Positions 45,774 to 56,215 are shown, counted from the stretch's first letter. The stretch: DNA of 64,000 nucleotides from an uncultured Clostridia bacterium (GCA_947632015.1 CANRNP010000002.1:17421-81420); one strand, 5' to 3'. Made by a program: numbers and translations. The notes: generated by a model not told the origin, from the letters alone.

Positions 45774-45898
45774 CTTCGCTCCTTTTTTTGGGAAAAGTAT
45801 CGACGAAAAAAATTTTTTTATACGCGGCGGAGGGAAATCCGCGACAAAGGTATAAAAAGGTGGTATAATAGTTTATATAAGGAAATAAGGAGGTTGCA

Positions 45899-46663
45899 GT
45901 GACCGGTTTATTACTCGCATCATACGGCTGGATCTTCGATCTCGCCTTCTTTCTGATCCTGATCCTCGGCACGGCGCTCGGTGCGTACCGCGGCTTTGTC
46001 ACGGGGATCTGTAAGCTGGCGGGATTTTTCGTTTCGATCATCTTTGCCTTTACGTTTTGCATTTCGTTTGCGAACTTTTTGGAAAACTGTTTCGGCATGA
46101 CGACGCAGATCGCGAACGGGATCGCGGGCGCGATCGCGAAGAATGAGGCGTATGCCGTCGGATTGCAACAGGACGTCGCAGGCGCAGAGATCGGGGAAGT
46201 GTTAAAGGCTCAGCCGCTCAACGGGATTGCGATCTGGCTCATTATGCGCTCCTTCGGCGACGTGGCGCTCATCCCTGCGGGAACGACCCCTGCCATGATG
46301 CTCGGCTCGGTGCTCGCGAAGTGGATCTCCATCGCGATCGCCTTCGTTGGATTGATCTTGATCGTGCGCCTCGGCACCTGGCTGATCCGCCTCATCTTCG
46401 GAGCGATCAAGAAGAGCGTTGCGCCGATCCGCGCGGTCGATCAAGTGCTCGGCGCGATCCTTGGACTGGCAAAAGCGGCATTTCTGCTCTTTACGGTGCT
46501 TCTCATCTGCAACTGGCTCCCCTTCGAGGGGTTGCACGCAATGATCGAGTCGAGCACCGTCGTCGGAAGTATTTTTAAGAGCGAATGGTTCCAGAGCGCG
46601 ACCTCGTATGCCGTATCCGGCAAGTGGTTCGGCGATTATTTGAAAGGATTTCTGTTTGTATGA
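45899..46663 (+). CDS. cvpA: CvpA-family membrane protein
   Basis: 254 aa, GTG start. WIFDLAFFLILILGTALGAYRGFVTGICKLAGFFVSIIFAF is the CvpA N-terminal pattern. 4-5 TM helices. Confidence 0.7.
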   Translation: MTGLLLASYGWIFDLAFFLILILGTALGAYRGFVTGICKLAGFFVSIIFAFTFCISFANFLENCFGMTTQIANGIAGAIAKNEAYAVGLQQDVAGAEIGEVLKAQPLNGIAIWLIMRSFGDVALIPAGTTPAMMLGSVLAKWISIAIAFVGLILIVRLGTWLIRLIFGAIKKSVAPIRAVDQVLGAILGLAKAAFLLFTVLLICNWLPFEGLHAMIESSTVVGSIFKSEWFQSATSYAVSGKWFGDYLKGFLFV

Positions 46664-46669
46664 TCGATC

Positions 46670-46697
46670 AACGGGCGAAGATTTCGCCCGTTTTTTA
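46670..46697 (+). terminator. Rho-independent terminator after cvpA
   Basis: AACGGGCGA-agatt-TCGCCCGTT followed by TTTTAT. Confidence 0.75.
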
Positions 46698-46725
46698 TGC
46701 GCAAAAGAAGAATTTTTGCACCGAA

Positions 46726-46741
46726 TGTTTCACGTGAAACA
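46726..46741. other. parS: parS centromere-like site 1 (perfect palindrome)
   Basis: TGTTTCACGTGAAACA matches the ParB-binding consensus tGTTNCACGTGAAACa at all 16 positions. Confidence 0.85.
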
Positions 46742-46769
46742 CAGCAAAATCGGCGATTTTGTCGGAAGA

Positions 46770-46785
46770 TGTTCCACGTGAAACT
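46770..46785. other. parS: parS site 2
   Basis: TGTTCCACGTGAAACT matches the B. subtilis parS TGTTCCACGTGAAACA at 15 of 16 positions. Confidence 0.8.
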
Positions 46786-46826
46786 TTTTTCGGCTTATTT
46801 TTCGTTGCGCATGACCAAAAATGCGA

Positions 46827-46842
46827 TGTTTCACATGAAACA
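46827..46842. other. parS: parS site 3 (one core mismatch)
   Basis: TGTTTCACATGAAACA has a single G-to-A change in the central CACGTG. Confidence 0.65.
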
Positions 46843-46905
46843 TTTCCATTTTTGAGAAAAAACGGTGATATTTATGAAAAACAGGCAATAATTTCCGTAA
46901 TCTGC

Positions 46906-46934
46906 TTGCAATTTGCAAGGAGTTGTGGTACAAT
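46906..46934 (+). promoter_or_regulatory. SigA-type promoter for ftsH (extended -10)
   Basis: TTGCAA (46906-46911), 17 nt, TGgTACAAT (-10 at 46929-46934). Confidence 0.55.
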
Positions 46935-46996
46935 AAAGCGGTAATATCGCACAGAATATGAGCGTATTATAAATACAAGCTAAAAAGGAGCACAAT

Positions 46997-48952
46997 TTGA
47001 GTAAAACATTAAAAATTGTCCTTTCCGTCGTGCTGGTTGCGGTGCTGGGCATAGGCATTTACTTCACAATGTCTACGCTAATGAAAAACAGCAAAGAGAT
47101 CGCCGCGTCGGACTTTGAGATCCTCGCTATGGGCGGCGAGCTCGACGAAAGTAAGGTAAAACAAGGCGTCGATAAGGGCAAGATCAAAAAGGTATATGTA
47201 GACAATTACACCGTGTACGGCTATGTTGACGTAAACGATCGGCAATATACCTACTGGGCAAATTTTGCAAGTCTTTACAACGCAGAAGGCAAGCAGATCC
47301 TCGACGAATGGAACGAAAACGGCGTTGTGGAAGAATATGTCTATTCCGACCCGAACGCTGGTGCGGGTTGGGGAAACGCCATCTATCTTGCCGTGTTGGT
47401 TATCGGCATTGTCGCCTTCTTCCTCGTGCTTCGGGCAACGAGCGGCGGTGGCGGCAAAGTAATGAACTTCGGCAAGACGAAGGCGAAGGTCTCTACGAAT
47501 TTAAAGGTCCGCTTCTCAGATGTCGCGGGAGCCGAGGAGGAAAAGCAGGAGCTTGCTGAGATCGTGGAGTTCTTGAAGAGCCCTAAAAAGTTTGCCGACC
47601 TCGGAGCGAGGATCCCCAAGGGCGTGTTGCTCGTCGGTCCTCCCGGAACGGGCAAGACGTTGTTTGCAAAAGCCGTGGCGGGTGAAGCGGGCGTTCCCTT
47701 CTTCTCCGTGAGCGGCTCTGACTTCGTGGAGATGTACGTCGGCGTCGGTGCGTCGCGCGTACGCGACCTGTTCGATCTCGCCAAGCGGAATCAGCCCTGT
47801 ATCATCTTTATCGATGAGATCGATGCCGTTGGTCGTCAACGTGGGGCGGGGCTCGGCGGAGGACACGACGAACGGGAACAGACCCTCAACCAGATCCTCG
47901 TTCAGATGGACGGCTTCGATTCCAACGAGGGCGTGATCGTTATGGCGGCGACGAACCGTGCCGATATTCTCGACAGCGCATTGCTTCGTCCGGGGCGCTT
48001 CGACAGGCAAATATATGTTCACATGCCAGATGTTAAGGGGCGTGAACAAATTCTCAAAGTGCACGCGCGCAATAAACCCCTGGCGCCCGACGTCAACTTT
48101 AAGACGATCGCGCGCATGACGAGCGGATTCTCCGGCGCCGACCTTGCAAATCTTCTGAACGAGGCCGCCATTCTGGCGGCGCGCGCGGGAAAGAAGATGA
48201 TCGGTAACCTCGAACTTTACGAGGGCATCAACAAGGTCATCATGGGGCCGCAGAAGAAGAGCCGCGTCGTCACCGAATCGGAGAAAAAGACGACCGCCTA
48301 TCACGAGGCGGGGCACGCCGTGCTCGCAAAGCTGTGCGAGCACAACGACAACGTGCAGGAGGTCTCCATTATCCCCCGCGGCATGGCGGGCGGCTACACC
48401 CTCACCCGTCCCGAAAACGACGACGACCGCTACACGGTGAACAAGCTCAACGACTTTATCTGCATGGCGCTGGGCGGAAGGGTCGCCGAAGAGCTCGTCA
48501 TCCAGGACGTCTCCGCGGGCGCCTCGAACGACATTCAGAAGGTCACGCAGATGGCGCGCAAGATGGTGACGGAATGGGGCATGAGCGAGCGTTTGGGCCC
48601 CATCGCCTACACGAGCGACGGACCGGTGTTCCTCGGCAGAGATTTCGAAGAGCGCAACACGTACAGCGAAGAGACAGCGGGCATCATCGACGAAGAGGTC
48701 AAGCGCATCGTCTCCGCGGCGTATGAGCGGGCAAAGCGGCTCCTCACCGAAAACCGCGCCATTCTCGACAACATGTCGCGCGTGCTCGTCGAACGGGAGA
48801 CGATCTACACCGAAGAGGTAGACATGCTCATGCGGGGCGCTTCGTGGCAGGAAGTTCTCGAATATATGGAAAAGCACGATAAAGACGCGCCCGACAACCC
48901 CTTCGGCAAGGCGGAAGAGGACGACCCGAAAAGCGGCGACGGGAACGATTAA
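46997..48952 (+). CDS. ftsH: ATP-dependent zinc metalloprotease FtsH
   Basis: 651 aa, TTG start with AAGGAG 6 nt upstream. Walker A GPPGTGKT, the second region of homology, and the zinc motif HEAGHA. Confidence 0.93.
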   Translation: MSKTLKIVLSVVLVAVLGIGIYFTMSTLMKNSKEIAASDFEILAMGGELDESKVKQGVDKGKIKKVYVDNYTVYGYVDVNDRQYTYWANFASLYNAEGKQILDEWNENGVVEEYVYSDPNAGAGWGNAIYLAVLVIGIVAFFLVLRATSGGGGKVMNFGKTKAKVSTNLKVRFSDVAGAEEEKQELAEIVEFLKSPKKFADLGARIPKGVLLVGPPGTGKTLFAKAVAGEAGVPFFSVSGSDFVEMYVGVGASRVRDLFDLAKRNQPCIIFIDEIDAVGRQRGAGLGGGHDEREQTLNQILVQMDGFDSNEGVIVMAATNRADILDSALLRPGRFDRQIYVHMPDVKGREQILKVHARNKPLAPDVNFKTIARMTSGFSGADLANLLNEAAILAARAGKKMIGNLELYEGINKVIMGPQKKSRVVTESEKKTTAYHEAGHAVLAKLCEHNDNVQEVSIIPRGMAGGYTLTRPENDDDRYTVNKLNDFICMALGGRVAEELVIQDVSAGASNDIQKVTQMARKMVTEWGMSERLGPIAYTSDGPVFLGRDFEERNTYSEETAGIIDEEVKRIVSAAYERAKRLLTENRAILDNMSRVLVERETIYTEEVDMLMRGASWQEVLEYMEKHDKDAPDNPFGKAEEDDPKSGDGND

Positions 48953-48984
48953 ACGGAGAGAATGTACAAAAAGAGGTGATACGT

Positions 48985-49758
48985 ATGGGTAAAATCATTC
49001 CATTTTCCAACCAAAAGGGCGGCGTGGGAAAGACGACGACCTGCGTGAATATGGCGGCGTATCTCGCCAAAGCGGGGAAGAAAGTGCTGCTTGCCGACAT
49101 CGACCCGCAGGGAAATGCCACGACGGGGCTCGGTTTTTCCAAAAGCCAGGTGAAAAAGTCGGTCTACAACGTGCTCATCGACGACGAACCGGTGAAGGAC
49201 AACATTCTCGAAACGGAGATGCCGGGGCTGTTTCTGCTCCCCGCGAACATCGATCTGGCGGGCGCGGAAGTGGAGCTCGTCTACAAGAAAAATAGGGAAC
49301 GTGTGTTGAAAAATGCGTTGGAGAAGGTCAAAAACAACTTTGACTATATCCTCGTGGACTGCCCTCCTTCGCTGGGGCTCATCACGATCAACGCGCTCGC
49401 CGCGGCGGACAGCGTGATCATTCCCATCCAGAGCGAATATTACGCGCTCGAAGGGTTGAGCCAACTCATGAATACGATCTCGCTCGTAAAACAGCATCTC
49501 AACCGCGAACTGAAAGTGGAGGGCGTGGTGCTCACCATGCACGACCGCCGTTCCCTCATCAGCCGCCAGATCGCAGAGGAGATCAAGAAGTATTTCACGA
49601 AAAAGCTGTATGAGATCGTCATTCCGCGCAATGTGCGCCTTGCCGAAGCGCCCAGCCACGGCAAGCCCATTTTATTGCACGACCCCAAATGTATGGGCGC
49701 ACGGGCATACGCCGCGCTCACCGAAGAATTTTTGAAGAAAACGGAAGGAGGAGAATGA
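48985..49758 (+). CDS. parA: Chromosome partitioning ATPase ParA/Soj
   Basis: MGKIIPFSNQKGGVGKTTTCVNMAAYLAKAGKKVLLADIDPQGNAT shows the deviant Walker A. Confidence 0.9.
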   Translation: MGKIIPFSNQKGGVGKTTTCVNMAAYLAKAGKKVLLADIDPQGNATTGLGFSKSQVKKSVYNVLIDDEPVKDNILETEMPGLFLLPANIDLAGAEVELVYKKNRERVLKNALEKVKNNFDYILVDCPPSLGLITINALAAADSVIIPIQSEYYALEGLSQLMNTISLVKQHLNRELKVEGVVLTMHDRRSLISRQIAEEIKKYFTKKLYEIVIPRNVRLAEAPSHGKPILLHDPKCMGARAYAALTEEFLKKTEGGE

Positions 49759-49759
49759 G

Positions 49760-50650
49760 ATGGCAAAGGGATTAGGCAGAGGTCTTTCGGCGCTGTTCAG
49801 CGATACGGAGGAGGCTTACGAAAACGCGACCGGGGAGGCTATGACGGGCGGCGCGACCGAATTGCCCATTTCGGATATTTATCCGAACCCCAACCAACCG
49901 CGGAAAGTGTTCGACGAGGGCGCATTGCTTGATCTGGCGAATTCCATCCGCGAGCACGGCGTCATCAGCCCCATCGTCGTCAACCGCAATCCCGACGGCA
50001 CCTATATGATCATCGCGGGCGAACGCAGATGGCGCGCGGCGAAGAGCGCGGGGCTTACCACCATTCCCGCCGTGATCCGCGAGCTCGACGAGCGGGAAGT
50101 GCAGGAAATTTCCCTCATCGAGAACTTGCAGCGCGAAGATCTCAACCCGATCGAAGCGGCGTACGGCATGAAAAAGCTCATGGAGGAATACGACCTCACG
50201 CAGGAAGTGCTCGCCGAGCGTTTGGGCAAATCCCGCCCCGCGATCGCCAACACGCTGCGCCTTCTCACCCTCGCGGAGGAAGTCATCGCGCTCGTGCGGG
50301 AGGGAAAACTTTCTTCGGGGCATGCGCGCACGCTCGTTCCCGTTCCCAAGGAGGAACAGGCGGCGCTCGCGCGGGAATGCGTCAAAGAGGGCTGGTCGGT
50401 GCGCGAAATGGAGCGCGCGGTGAAGCAATTCCTCAACCCGCCCGAAGTGCTCAACGGAAAAAAAGAGACGAAAAACGCCCTTGCGAACGCCGAACTCAAA
50501 CATTTTGTGGAGCGGATGCGGACGACGTTCAAGACGAAAGTCTCCCTCATCGGCACCGAAAAGAAGGGAAGGATCTATATCGACTACTATTCCCGCGACG
50601 ATCTCGACCGCATCACCGAGATGCTCGACATCATCGACAGGCAGGAATAA
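49760..50650 (+). CDS. parB: Chromosome partitioning protein ParB/Spo0J
   Basis: MAKGLGRGLSALFS..., the PNQPRK motif, the arginine patch GERRWRAA, and an HTH (QEVLAERLGKSRPAIANTLRLL). Confidence 0.9.
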   Translation: MAKGLGRGLSALFSDTEEAYENATGEAMTGGATELPISDIYPNPNQPRKVFDEGALLDLANSIREHGVISPIVVNRNPDGTYMIIAGERRWRAAKSAGLTTIPAVIRELDEREVQEISLIENLQREDLNPIEAAYGMKKLMEEYDLTQEVLAERLGKSRPAIANTLRLLTLAEEVIALVREGKLSSGHARTLVPVPKEEQAALARECVKEGWSVREMERAVKQFLNPPEVLNGKKETKNALANAELKHFVERMRTTFKTKVSLIGTEKKGRIYIDYYSRDDLDRITEMLDIIDRQE

Positions 50651-50688
50651 GGCGGTTTCCGCTTCCTGCCCGAAAGACATTCGCGGCA

Positions 50689-50729
50689 ATGCGCCCGCGC
50701 CGGTTTCCCGGCGCGGGCGCATGCTTTTT
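50689..50729 (+). terminator. Rho-independent terminator after parB
   Basis: GCGCCCGCGCCGG-tttc-CCGGCGCGGGCGC followed by ATGCTTTTT. Confidence 0.7.
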
Positions 50730-50910
50730 GGGGCGCAAAAGCCCTTTTGCGCCCGCCCGATACAAGATGTGGGAAAGGGCGGCGCATGCGGGCGGCGAAA
50801 ATACAATATTTTGGGGGAAAAACGTAAAAAACGGCACGCTTCTTGGTGAAAATACCCAAAAAAAATCGAAAAAAAGGTGAAAGTTTCACAAAAAAAATTT
50901 CTAAATAGTA

Positions 50911-50939
50911 TTGACAAAACCGATTTAGTGTGCTATATT
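50911..50939 (+). promoter_or_regulatory. SigA-type promoter for the sugar-uptake operon, followed by a ~280-nt leader
   Basis: TTGACA (50911-50916), 17 nt, TATATT (50934-50939). Confidence 0.55.
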
Positions 50940-51225
50940 TGCGTTAGTGTTGAAATGACGATAGGGGGGAAGTCATGATGCAGAAGGACGTTCGTTGATC
51001 TTTTTTGCTACTCTTTTTGCTGTTCGCCGAGGCGGACAGGCAAGAAAAGGGCAGAGGACCGACGAACGTCTTTTTGTACTCGGCAGACCGAAAAACGGCA
51101 TTATCGCACTCCACGGCGCTCCTTTCGATCTTCGGCGCCCGCCAACCCCCAAACGGCGGAGCTTCCCAAGAGAGGACCGGGTGCCGCAGTGCGGACACGA
51201 GATTTCTATTATAAGAGGTAAAGGA

Positions 51226-53778
51226 ATGAAGAAGAAGAAACTTTTGAAAAGCGTTTCGCTCGTTGCACTTTCCGCAGTGATGATGTGCGGCGTAGCGGCA
51301 GGCTTTGCAGGGTGCGGAGGAAGTAAAGCCTACCAGATCAGCGTTTCGATGTTCTGCGGCGATACCGACGTCGACATCAACAGAAAGAACTGTACCGACT
51401 GGGCGGAGCAATATACCGCAAAACTTCGTTCTCCGGAAGGGGTAGACGGTCATAAGTTCACCGAAGAGGACAAGGATATCACCATCAAGTTCTCCTATCA
51501 GACGAATACCGACGCTTACTTCGACCAGTTGAAGAGCCAGATCGCCTCCAACTCCCAGCCCGACGTGTTCTACGTTTCGCCCAAATACGTGAAGGCGTGG
51601 AGCAATGCGAACCGCATTCTCGACCTTTCCGAAGCGCTGGCGGCAGACGCGAAAAAGGTGACGGGCAAAGGCGGCATCTGGGAGGACTCCCTCGCCTTCT
51701 ACGGCTATTCGAAGGATGAAAGATACACCTCCGGCGACCGCATTACCTTCGATGAAGGCAAGAACAAATTCGTCACCGCCGACGGCGTGGAAGTCGGCAT
51801 CTACGGGCTTCCCAAGGACTATTCCAACTTCGGTCTCGGCTTCAACGAAGTATTCTTTACGAACGAGGTCCGCAAAGCGCTCACTTCCACCTACACGTCC
51901 GACAGAACGGGCGTTCCCGGCGCGGAGTACAACAGCTCGAAGTTGAGCTACGGCGCCGAGGAAGGCATCGTCACGGACGAGAACGGACAGGACGTTCCCC
52001 TCGTCAACATCGGTAAGCCTACCTACTATAAGCCCTACAACTTCTATAATTACGCCAACTTCACCGCCGCGCTCCAAGCCGGCGATCCTATGGCGACCGC
52101 GGTGAATTATTTCACGGACGGCAAGGGCTATTGCGTGACCATCCCCGGCTGGCCCGGCGACACCTTTGTGGACGCAAAAGCATCCGCCGAAAAGACGAAC
52201 GTGGACGCTGAGTATGCGGATCCTTGGGCGGATGCGGATACGACCGTTCCCGACGATTATATCGACGAGGATGCGACCTACGACACGAAAAATGCGTACA
52301 TCACGTACACCTATGCCGAATACTCCGCTTTAACGTGGATCATCACCTACTACACGAACACCTACGACTGGCAAGGCAACGGAAAGGGCGGCTGCAAAGT
52401 TTCCGGCGGCAACGTCGTGAACGTTTACGGCAACGACCAGTACGACGGCGTGCTCTATCTTCTCCCCTGGCTCGCAGGCAACGACGCGCAGTATCTCGAC
52501 GAGAAGTCCACGACCGCGCTCAACGGCAACAATCCCGCTACGACGATCGGCACCGATACCTATAAGATGAACCACAAGAAGCTCAACGGCGAAACCGAAG
52601 AGATCGACGTGCAGTACGGGATCAACTCGCAGAGATTCCTCGAAACCGTCGGCGCATTCCACGCTTACGGCTCCGACTGGAACGGCAACTCCAACAACGC
52701 GGGCGATACCACCATCGAGAAATCCTCCGGCTGGGATCTGTTCGTGAGAGGCAACTGCGTGTTCTACGGCGTCGGTACCTGGAACGCGGGCGCGCTGAAC
52801 GCGACCGACCGCGAATTCCTCCGTTACAGGCTCATGCCCGAACCCATCTCCGAGAACTATGCCCTTTCCTCCTACATCAAGGACGAGGACTACAACATGA
52901 AGGGCTATGTCTGGAACGCAGATAAGAACGAAGCAACGGTCACCGAGGGCAAGGCTTTCGCGCCTGCGACCTTTGAGATCGACGAGATCAAAGAGAACCA
53001 GCTTCTCCGCCAGGATCAATGGGGCGCCCGTATGGACTCCGTCGGCTACGGCGTGAGCACCAACGTTTCGGAAGGCGGCGAATGGAGAACCGCCGCGGCG
53101 ATCGCCCTCGTCAAATACCTCACCATCACCGAGTCCACGCAGGTAGCGCTTACCTATTCGGGCTCCCAGCTTCCCAACTTCAAATCGCAGTGCAACGACT
53201 TCTATCTCGGCGAGGGCGACTTCGCGGATATGGTCACTCCCGACGACGGGGAAACCTTCGATAAGGCGTATGAAGTGGCAAAGGCAATGTATGCCGATTC
53301 CTTGAAGGCAGGCTCTGACGCGGTCTCCATTGAATCGTGGATGACGGCAAACGGCAACGATGTGAAATACAACGTAGCGTTCAAGGACGATCCGCTCAGC
53401 TCCCTTCTCAGCCTTGCGACCGCGATGAAGATCCTCAACCTCATCGTCTACAACCAGGCGGACAGAGACCTCTCGCTCCGGATGCAGTACGGTTTGAACG
53501 CGACCCGCGACTCCGCAATGTACACCTATAACGACGACTGGATCGGCGTGCTCGAACCCCGCGGAAGCGGCCTCGTGATGGCTTACGATCAGCAGTCCGC
53601 TCACGGCACCGAGATGCTTAAAATCCTTAAAAACATCTATCGGTCCGACAGAGCGAACGAGCTTCCCACGAAGGGCAACGGCTACGGTACGCCCGCATGG
53701 TGGTGCCTCAACAAGGCGCAGACCTCCCAGACCACTCTCCTCGACGCGATCCAGGAAGAAAAAGATCTGATGGGCTAA
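51226..53778 (+). CDS. Very large (850 aa) extracellular solute-binding lipoprotein of a carbohydrate ABC transporter
   Basis: Start at the ATG at 51226: MKKKKLLKSVSLVALSAVMMCGVAAGFAGCGGSK (lipobox). SBP-like N-terminal region (ISVSMFCGDTDV...YFDQLKSQIASNSQPDVFYVSPKYVKAW). Directly followed by two ABC permease genes. Confidence 0.75.
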   Translation: MKKKKLLKSVSLVALSAVMMCGVAAGFAGCGGSKAYQISVSMFCGDTDVDINRKNCTDWAEQYTAKLRSPEGVDGHKFTEEDKDITIKFSYQTNTDAYFDQLKSQIASNSQPDVFYVSPKYVKAWSNANRILDLSEALAADAKKVTGKGGIWEDSLAFYGYSKDERYTSGDRITFDEGKNKFVTADGVEVGIYGLPKDYSNFGLGFNEVFFTNEVRKALTSTYTSDRTGVPGAEYNSSKLSYGAEEGIVTDENGQDVPLVNIGKPTYYKPYNFYNYANFTAALQAGDPMATAVNYFTDGKGYCVTIPGWPGDTFVDAKASAEKTNVDAEYADPWADADTTVPDDYIDEDATYDTKNAYITYTYAEYSALTWIITYYTNTYDWQGNGKGGCKVSGGNVVNVYGNDQYDGVLYLLPWLAGNDAQYLDEKSTTALNGNNPATTIGTDTYKMNHKKLNGETEEIDVQYGINSQRFLETVGAFHAYGSDWNGNSNNAGDTTIEKSSGWDLFVRGNCVFYGVGTWNAGALNATDREFLRYRLMPEPISENYALSSYIKDEDYNMKGYVWNADKNEATVTEGKAFAPATFEIDEIKENQLLRQDQWGARMDSVGYGVSTNVSEGGEWRTAAAIALVKYLTITESTQVALTYSGSQLPNFKSQCNDFYLGEGDFADMVTPDDGETFDKAYEVAKAMYADSLKAGSDAVSIESWMTANGNDVKYNVAFKDDPLSSLLSLATAMKILNLIVYNQADRDLSLRMQYGLNATRDSAMYTYNDDWIGVLEPRGSGLVMAYDQQSAHGTEMLKILKNIYRSDRANELPTKGNGYGTPAWWCLNKAQTSQTTLLDAIQEEKDLMG

Positions 53779-53850
53779 AACGCGCACCCGCCGCGGGGAA
53801 CTTCTTTCCGGAGTTCCCCGCGGAATGAAATTCTGTATAAGGAGGAATTT

Positions 53851-54975
53851 ATGGAAGACAGCATTGCCGTAAACGAGGCTGTTTCCGAAGAGGACGCCGC
53901 GGCGATCGAAGCGGTTCCCCAAAAGAAGCAAAAAAAGCCCATCAACCAGGCAAAGCTACAAGATAACCTTTGGGGCTGGATCTTCTGTATCCCGCTGATC
54001 GTCGGTACCGTGTGGTTTGTCTATATCTGCCTGATCATGGCGTTCTTGCTCTCGTTTACCAACTATAACATCATCAACGGCGGCGATATGTTTGCCTATA
54101 TGGGAAAATTCAGCGAACATATCCACCCGCAGGGTGCGTTTTACTGGTATAAGTTCGCGTTTACGAATCTTACAAAGACGAGCTATCCCATGAATGAACT
54201 CGGCGCCTATCTCTTTAACACCGTGTTCTACATGATCGGTATCCCGATCGGTATGGTTCTTTCTATGTTCTTCGCCGTCTGCATGTCGCGCGACATCAAG
54301 GGCGGCAACGTATTCCGCGTTCTTTACTATCTCCCCTGCGTCGCGAGCACCGTCTCCATCGTCTATACCTTCAAGCTCATGTTCTCCCAGCAGGGCGTTA
54401 TGAACGGGATCCTCGGACTCAAAAGTTTCGACAACGGCGGCGGATTCCAGTGGATCAACCTCAACGGTACCACCGACCTCGCTTGGAATACGATCATTCA
54501 GAAGACCGGCGGCACGCCGACTTCGCAATCGGCGTTCATGAACGATCCTTACTGGTGCCAGGGGATCTTCACGAAGCTCGTCATCATCGTCATGAGCGTT
54601 TGGAAAGGCTTGGGCGGCACGATCATTCTCTACATAGCCGGGCTTTCCGGCGTGAACGCGGCAACGAAGGAAGCGGCGCAGATCGACGGCGCGAACGGCT
54701 GGAAGATCTTCTGGAAGGTCACCATGCCCGATCTCTATCCCGTCATCTTCTACAACATCGTCACTTCCGTCATCGGCGGCATGCAGATCTATATGGAGCC
54801 TACCCTGTTCATCGGCGAACAATACATCACCTCAGGGTATGTCTCGCTCATCCAGATGAACGGTATTAAAGCGGGCAAGTCGTCGCAAGGCGCCGCCTAC
54901 GGTATGATCCTCGCCGTCATCATCTTCGCGCTCACCATGTTCCAGTTCTGGCTGGATTCTCGCAATAAGGACTAA
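53851..54975 (+). CDS. Carbohydrate ABC transporter permease (MalF/UgpA-type)
   Basis: 374 aa, multi-TM. The EAA-loop region AAQIDGANGWKIFWKVTMPDLYPV is present. Confidence 0.85.
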   Translation: MEDSIAVNEAVSEEDAAAIEAVPQKKQKKPINQAKLQDNLWGWIFCIPLIVGTVWFVYICLIMAFLLSFTNYNIINGGDMFAYMGKFSEHIHPQGAFYWYKFAFTNLTKTSYPMNELGAYLFNTVFYMIGIPIGMVLSMFFAVCMSRDIKGGNVFRVLYYLPCVASTVSIVYTFKLMFSQQGVMNGILGLKSFDNGGGFQWINLNGTTDLAWNTIIQKTGGTPTSQSAFMNDPYWCQGIFTKLVIIVMSVWKGLGGTIILYIAGLSGVNAATKEAAQIDGANGWKIFWKVTMPDLYPVIFYNIVTSVIGGMQIYMEPTLFIGEQYITSGYVSLIQMNGIKAGKSSQGAAYGMILAVIIFALTMFQFWLDSRNKD

Positions 54976-54988
54976 GGAGGGAAAGAAC

Positions 54989-56056
54989 ATGGAAAACATG
55001 GAAAACGTAGAAAACAACGTTGAACAACCCGTAGTCCAAGAAGAGGAACAATATTCCGCGTTGAGCTATGCGGTAGGCGCTGTGCTTGCCTTCTTCGGCA
55101 TTTCGAGCAAAACGCACCGCGCGAGCAAGAAGCGCGCAAAATTCGTGGGCGACATCTTCACCTACATCATCCTGCTCTTCGGCACCTTCCTCATGGTCTA
55201 TCCCTTCTGGTGGATGATCGCGGCGTCCTTTGCCGATACGACCGACAGCGCCTCTGCGACCCAGATCATCCGTGAGATCGTATGGTGGCCCACAAGGAGC
55301 ACGGCGGGCTCGGCATTCTCTTCGACCCACGCGGGCGGACTTTTCTGGAACTACCGCATCTTCTTCACCGAAGGCCTCACCGTCGTCAACGACGATTTCA
55401 CCTTCTGGCGCGCCCTTCTCAACAACTTGCTCTACTCGATCGTGCCCGTCGTCGTCGGCGTCATCACGTCGGCTTCCGCGGCGTTCTCGTTCGCAAAGAT
55501 CAACTGGATCGGCAGAAATGCGGTGTTCTACTTCCTGCTCGCCGCGATCATGGTCCCCGGTCCCTCTATCATGACGGCGCAATACGCCATGTATCACGGC
55601 TTGCACTGGCAGGAGAACGGCTTGGTGCTCATCATTCCCGGAATGTTCGGCTCCATTATGACGGCGTTCTTCATCCGCCAGTTCCTGTTCGGGCTCCCCA
55701 CCTCCATTATCGAGGCGGCGAAGATCGACGGCGCGGGGTACTTCCGCATCTTCTGCGGGTTCATCCTGCCGCTCGCAATGCCCGCCATTATGGCGCAGGG
55801 GCTCCTGTCGTTCATGGGTTGCTGGAACAACTACATGGGCTCGTATATCATGATCCCCGATAACTCCAACGCAGTCAACCTTCCTCACGCGATCGCGAAG
55901 ATGGACGGTTACGGCGGCGGCGGACGGTATGCAAGCCAGAACTATGCGGCGGTCATCGCGGGCTCGGTCATCTGCGTCATCCCCGTCATGGTGCTGTTCG
56001 CTTGCTTCCAGAAGCTCATCATCAGCTCTTTGATGCTCACGGGTTCCAAAGAGTAA
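54989..56056 (+). CDS. Carbohydrate ABC transporter permease (MalG/UgpE-type)
   Basis: 355 aa, multi-TM. The EAA-loop region EAAKIDGAGYFRIFCGFILPLAMPA is present. Confidence 0.85.
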   Translation: MENMENVENNVEQPVVQEEEQYSALSYAVGAVLAFFGISSKTHRASKKRAKFVGDIFTYIILLFGTFLMVYPFWWMIAASFADTTDSASATQIIREIVWWPTRSTAGSAFSSTHAGGLFWNYRIFFTEGLTVVNDDFTFWRALLNNLLYSIVPVVVGVITSASAAFSFAKINWIGRNAVFYFLLAAIMVPGPSIMTAQYAMYHGLHWQENGLVLIIPGMFGSIMTAFFIRQFLFGLPTSIIEAAKIDGAGYFRIFCGFILPLAMPAIMAQGLLSFMGCWNNYMGSYIMIPDNSNAVNLPHAIAKMDGYGGGGRYASQNYAAVIAGSVICVIPVMVLFACFQKLIISSLMLTGSKE

Positions 56057-56073
56057 ATTGCAACCTGTATCCG

Positions 56074-56101
56074 AAAAAACGGAGCTTCGGCTCCGTTTTT
56101 T
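56074..56101 (+). terminator. Rho-independent terminator after the permease genes
   Basis: AAAAAACGGAGC-ttcg-GCTCCGTTTTTT. Confidence 0.8.
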
Positions 56102-56157
56102 CTGCGGCGGGAAGAGGCGATTTCCGCCATCGGAAGAGGAAAACTTTTCCGATACTC

Positions 56158-56186
56158 TTGACAAATTTATTTGACTATATTATAAT
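56158..56186 (+). promoter_or_regulatory. Perfect-consensus SigA-type promoter for the first GH43 gene
   Basis: TTGACA (56158-56163), 17 nt, TATAAT (56181-56186). Confidence 0.6.
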
Positions 56187-56215
56187 AAAGAAAATTTCCA
56201 TAGGGGGGAAAGTAT

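Noticed and set aside
46664-46996. CACGTG-centred palindromes as operators of an unknown transcription factor upstream of ftsH
   Set aside because: The full 16-mers match the ParB-binding parS consensus almost exactly, and parAB lies 2 kb away. parS is therefore the simpler explanation. An additional effect on the ftsH promoter remains possible.
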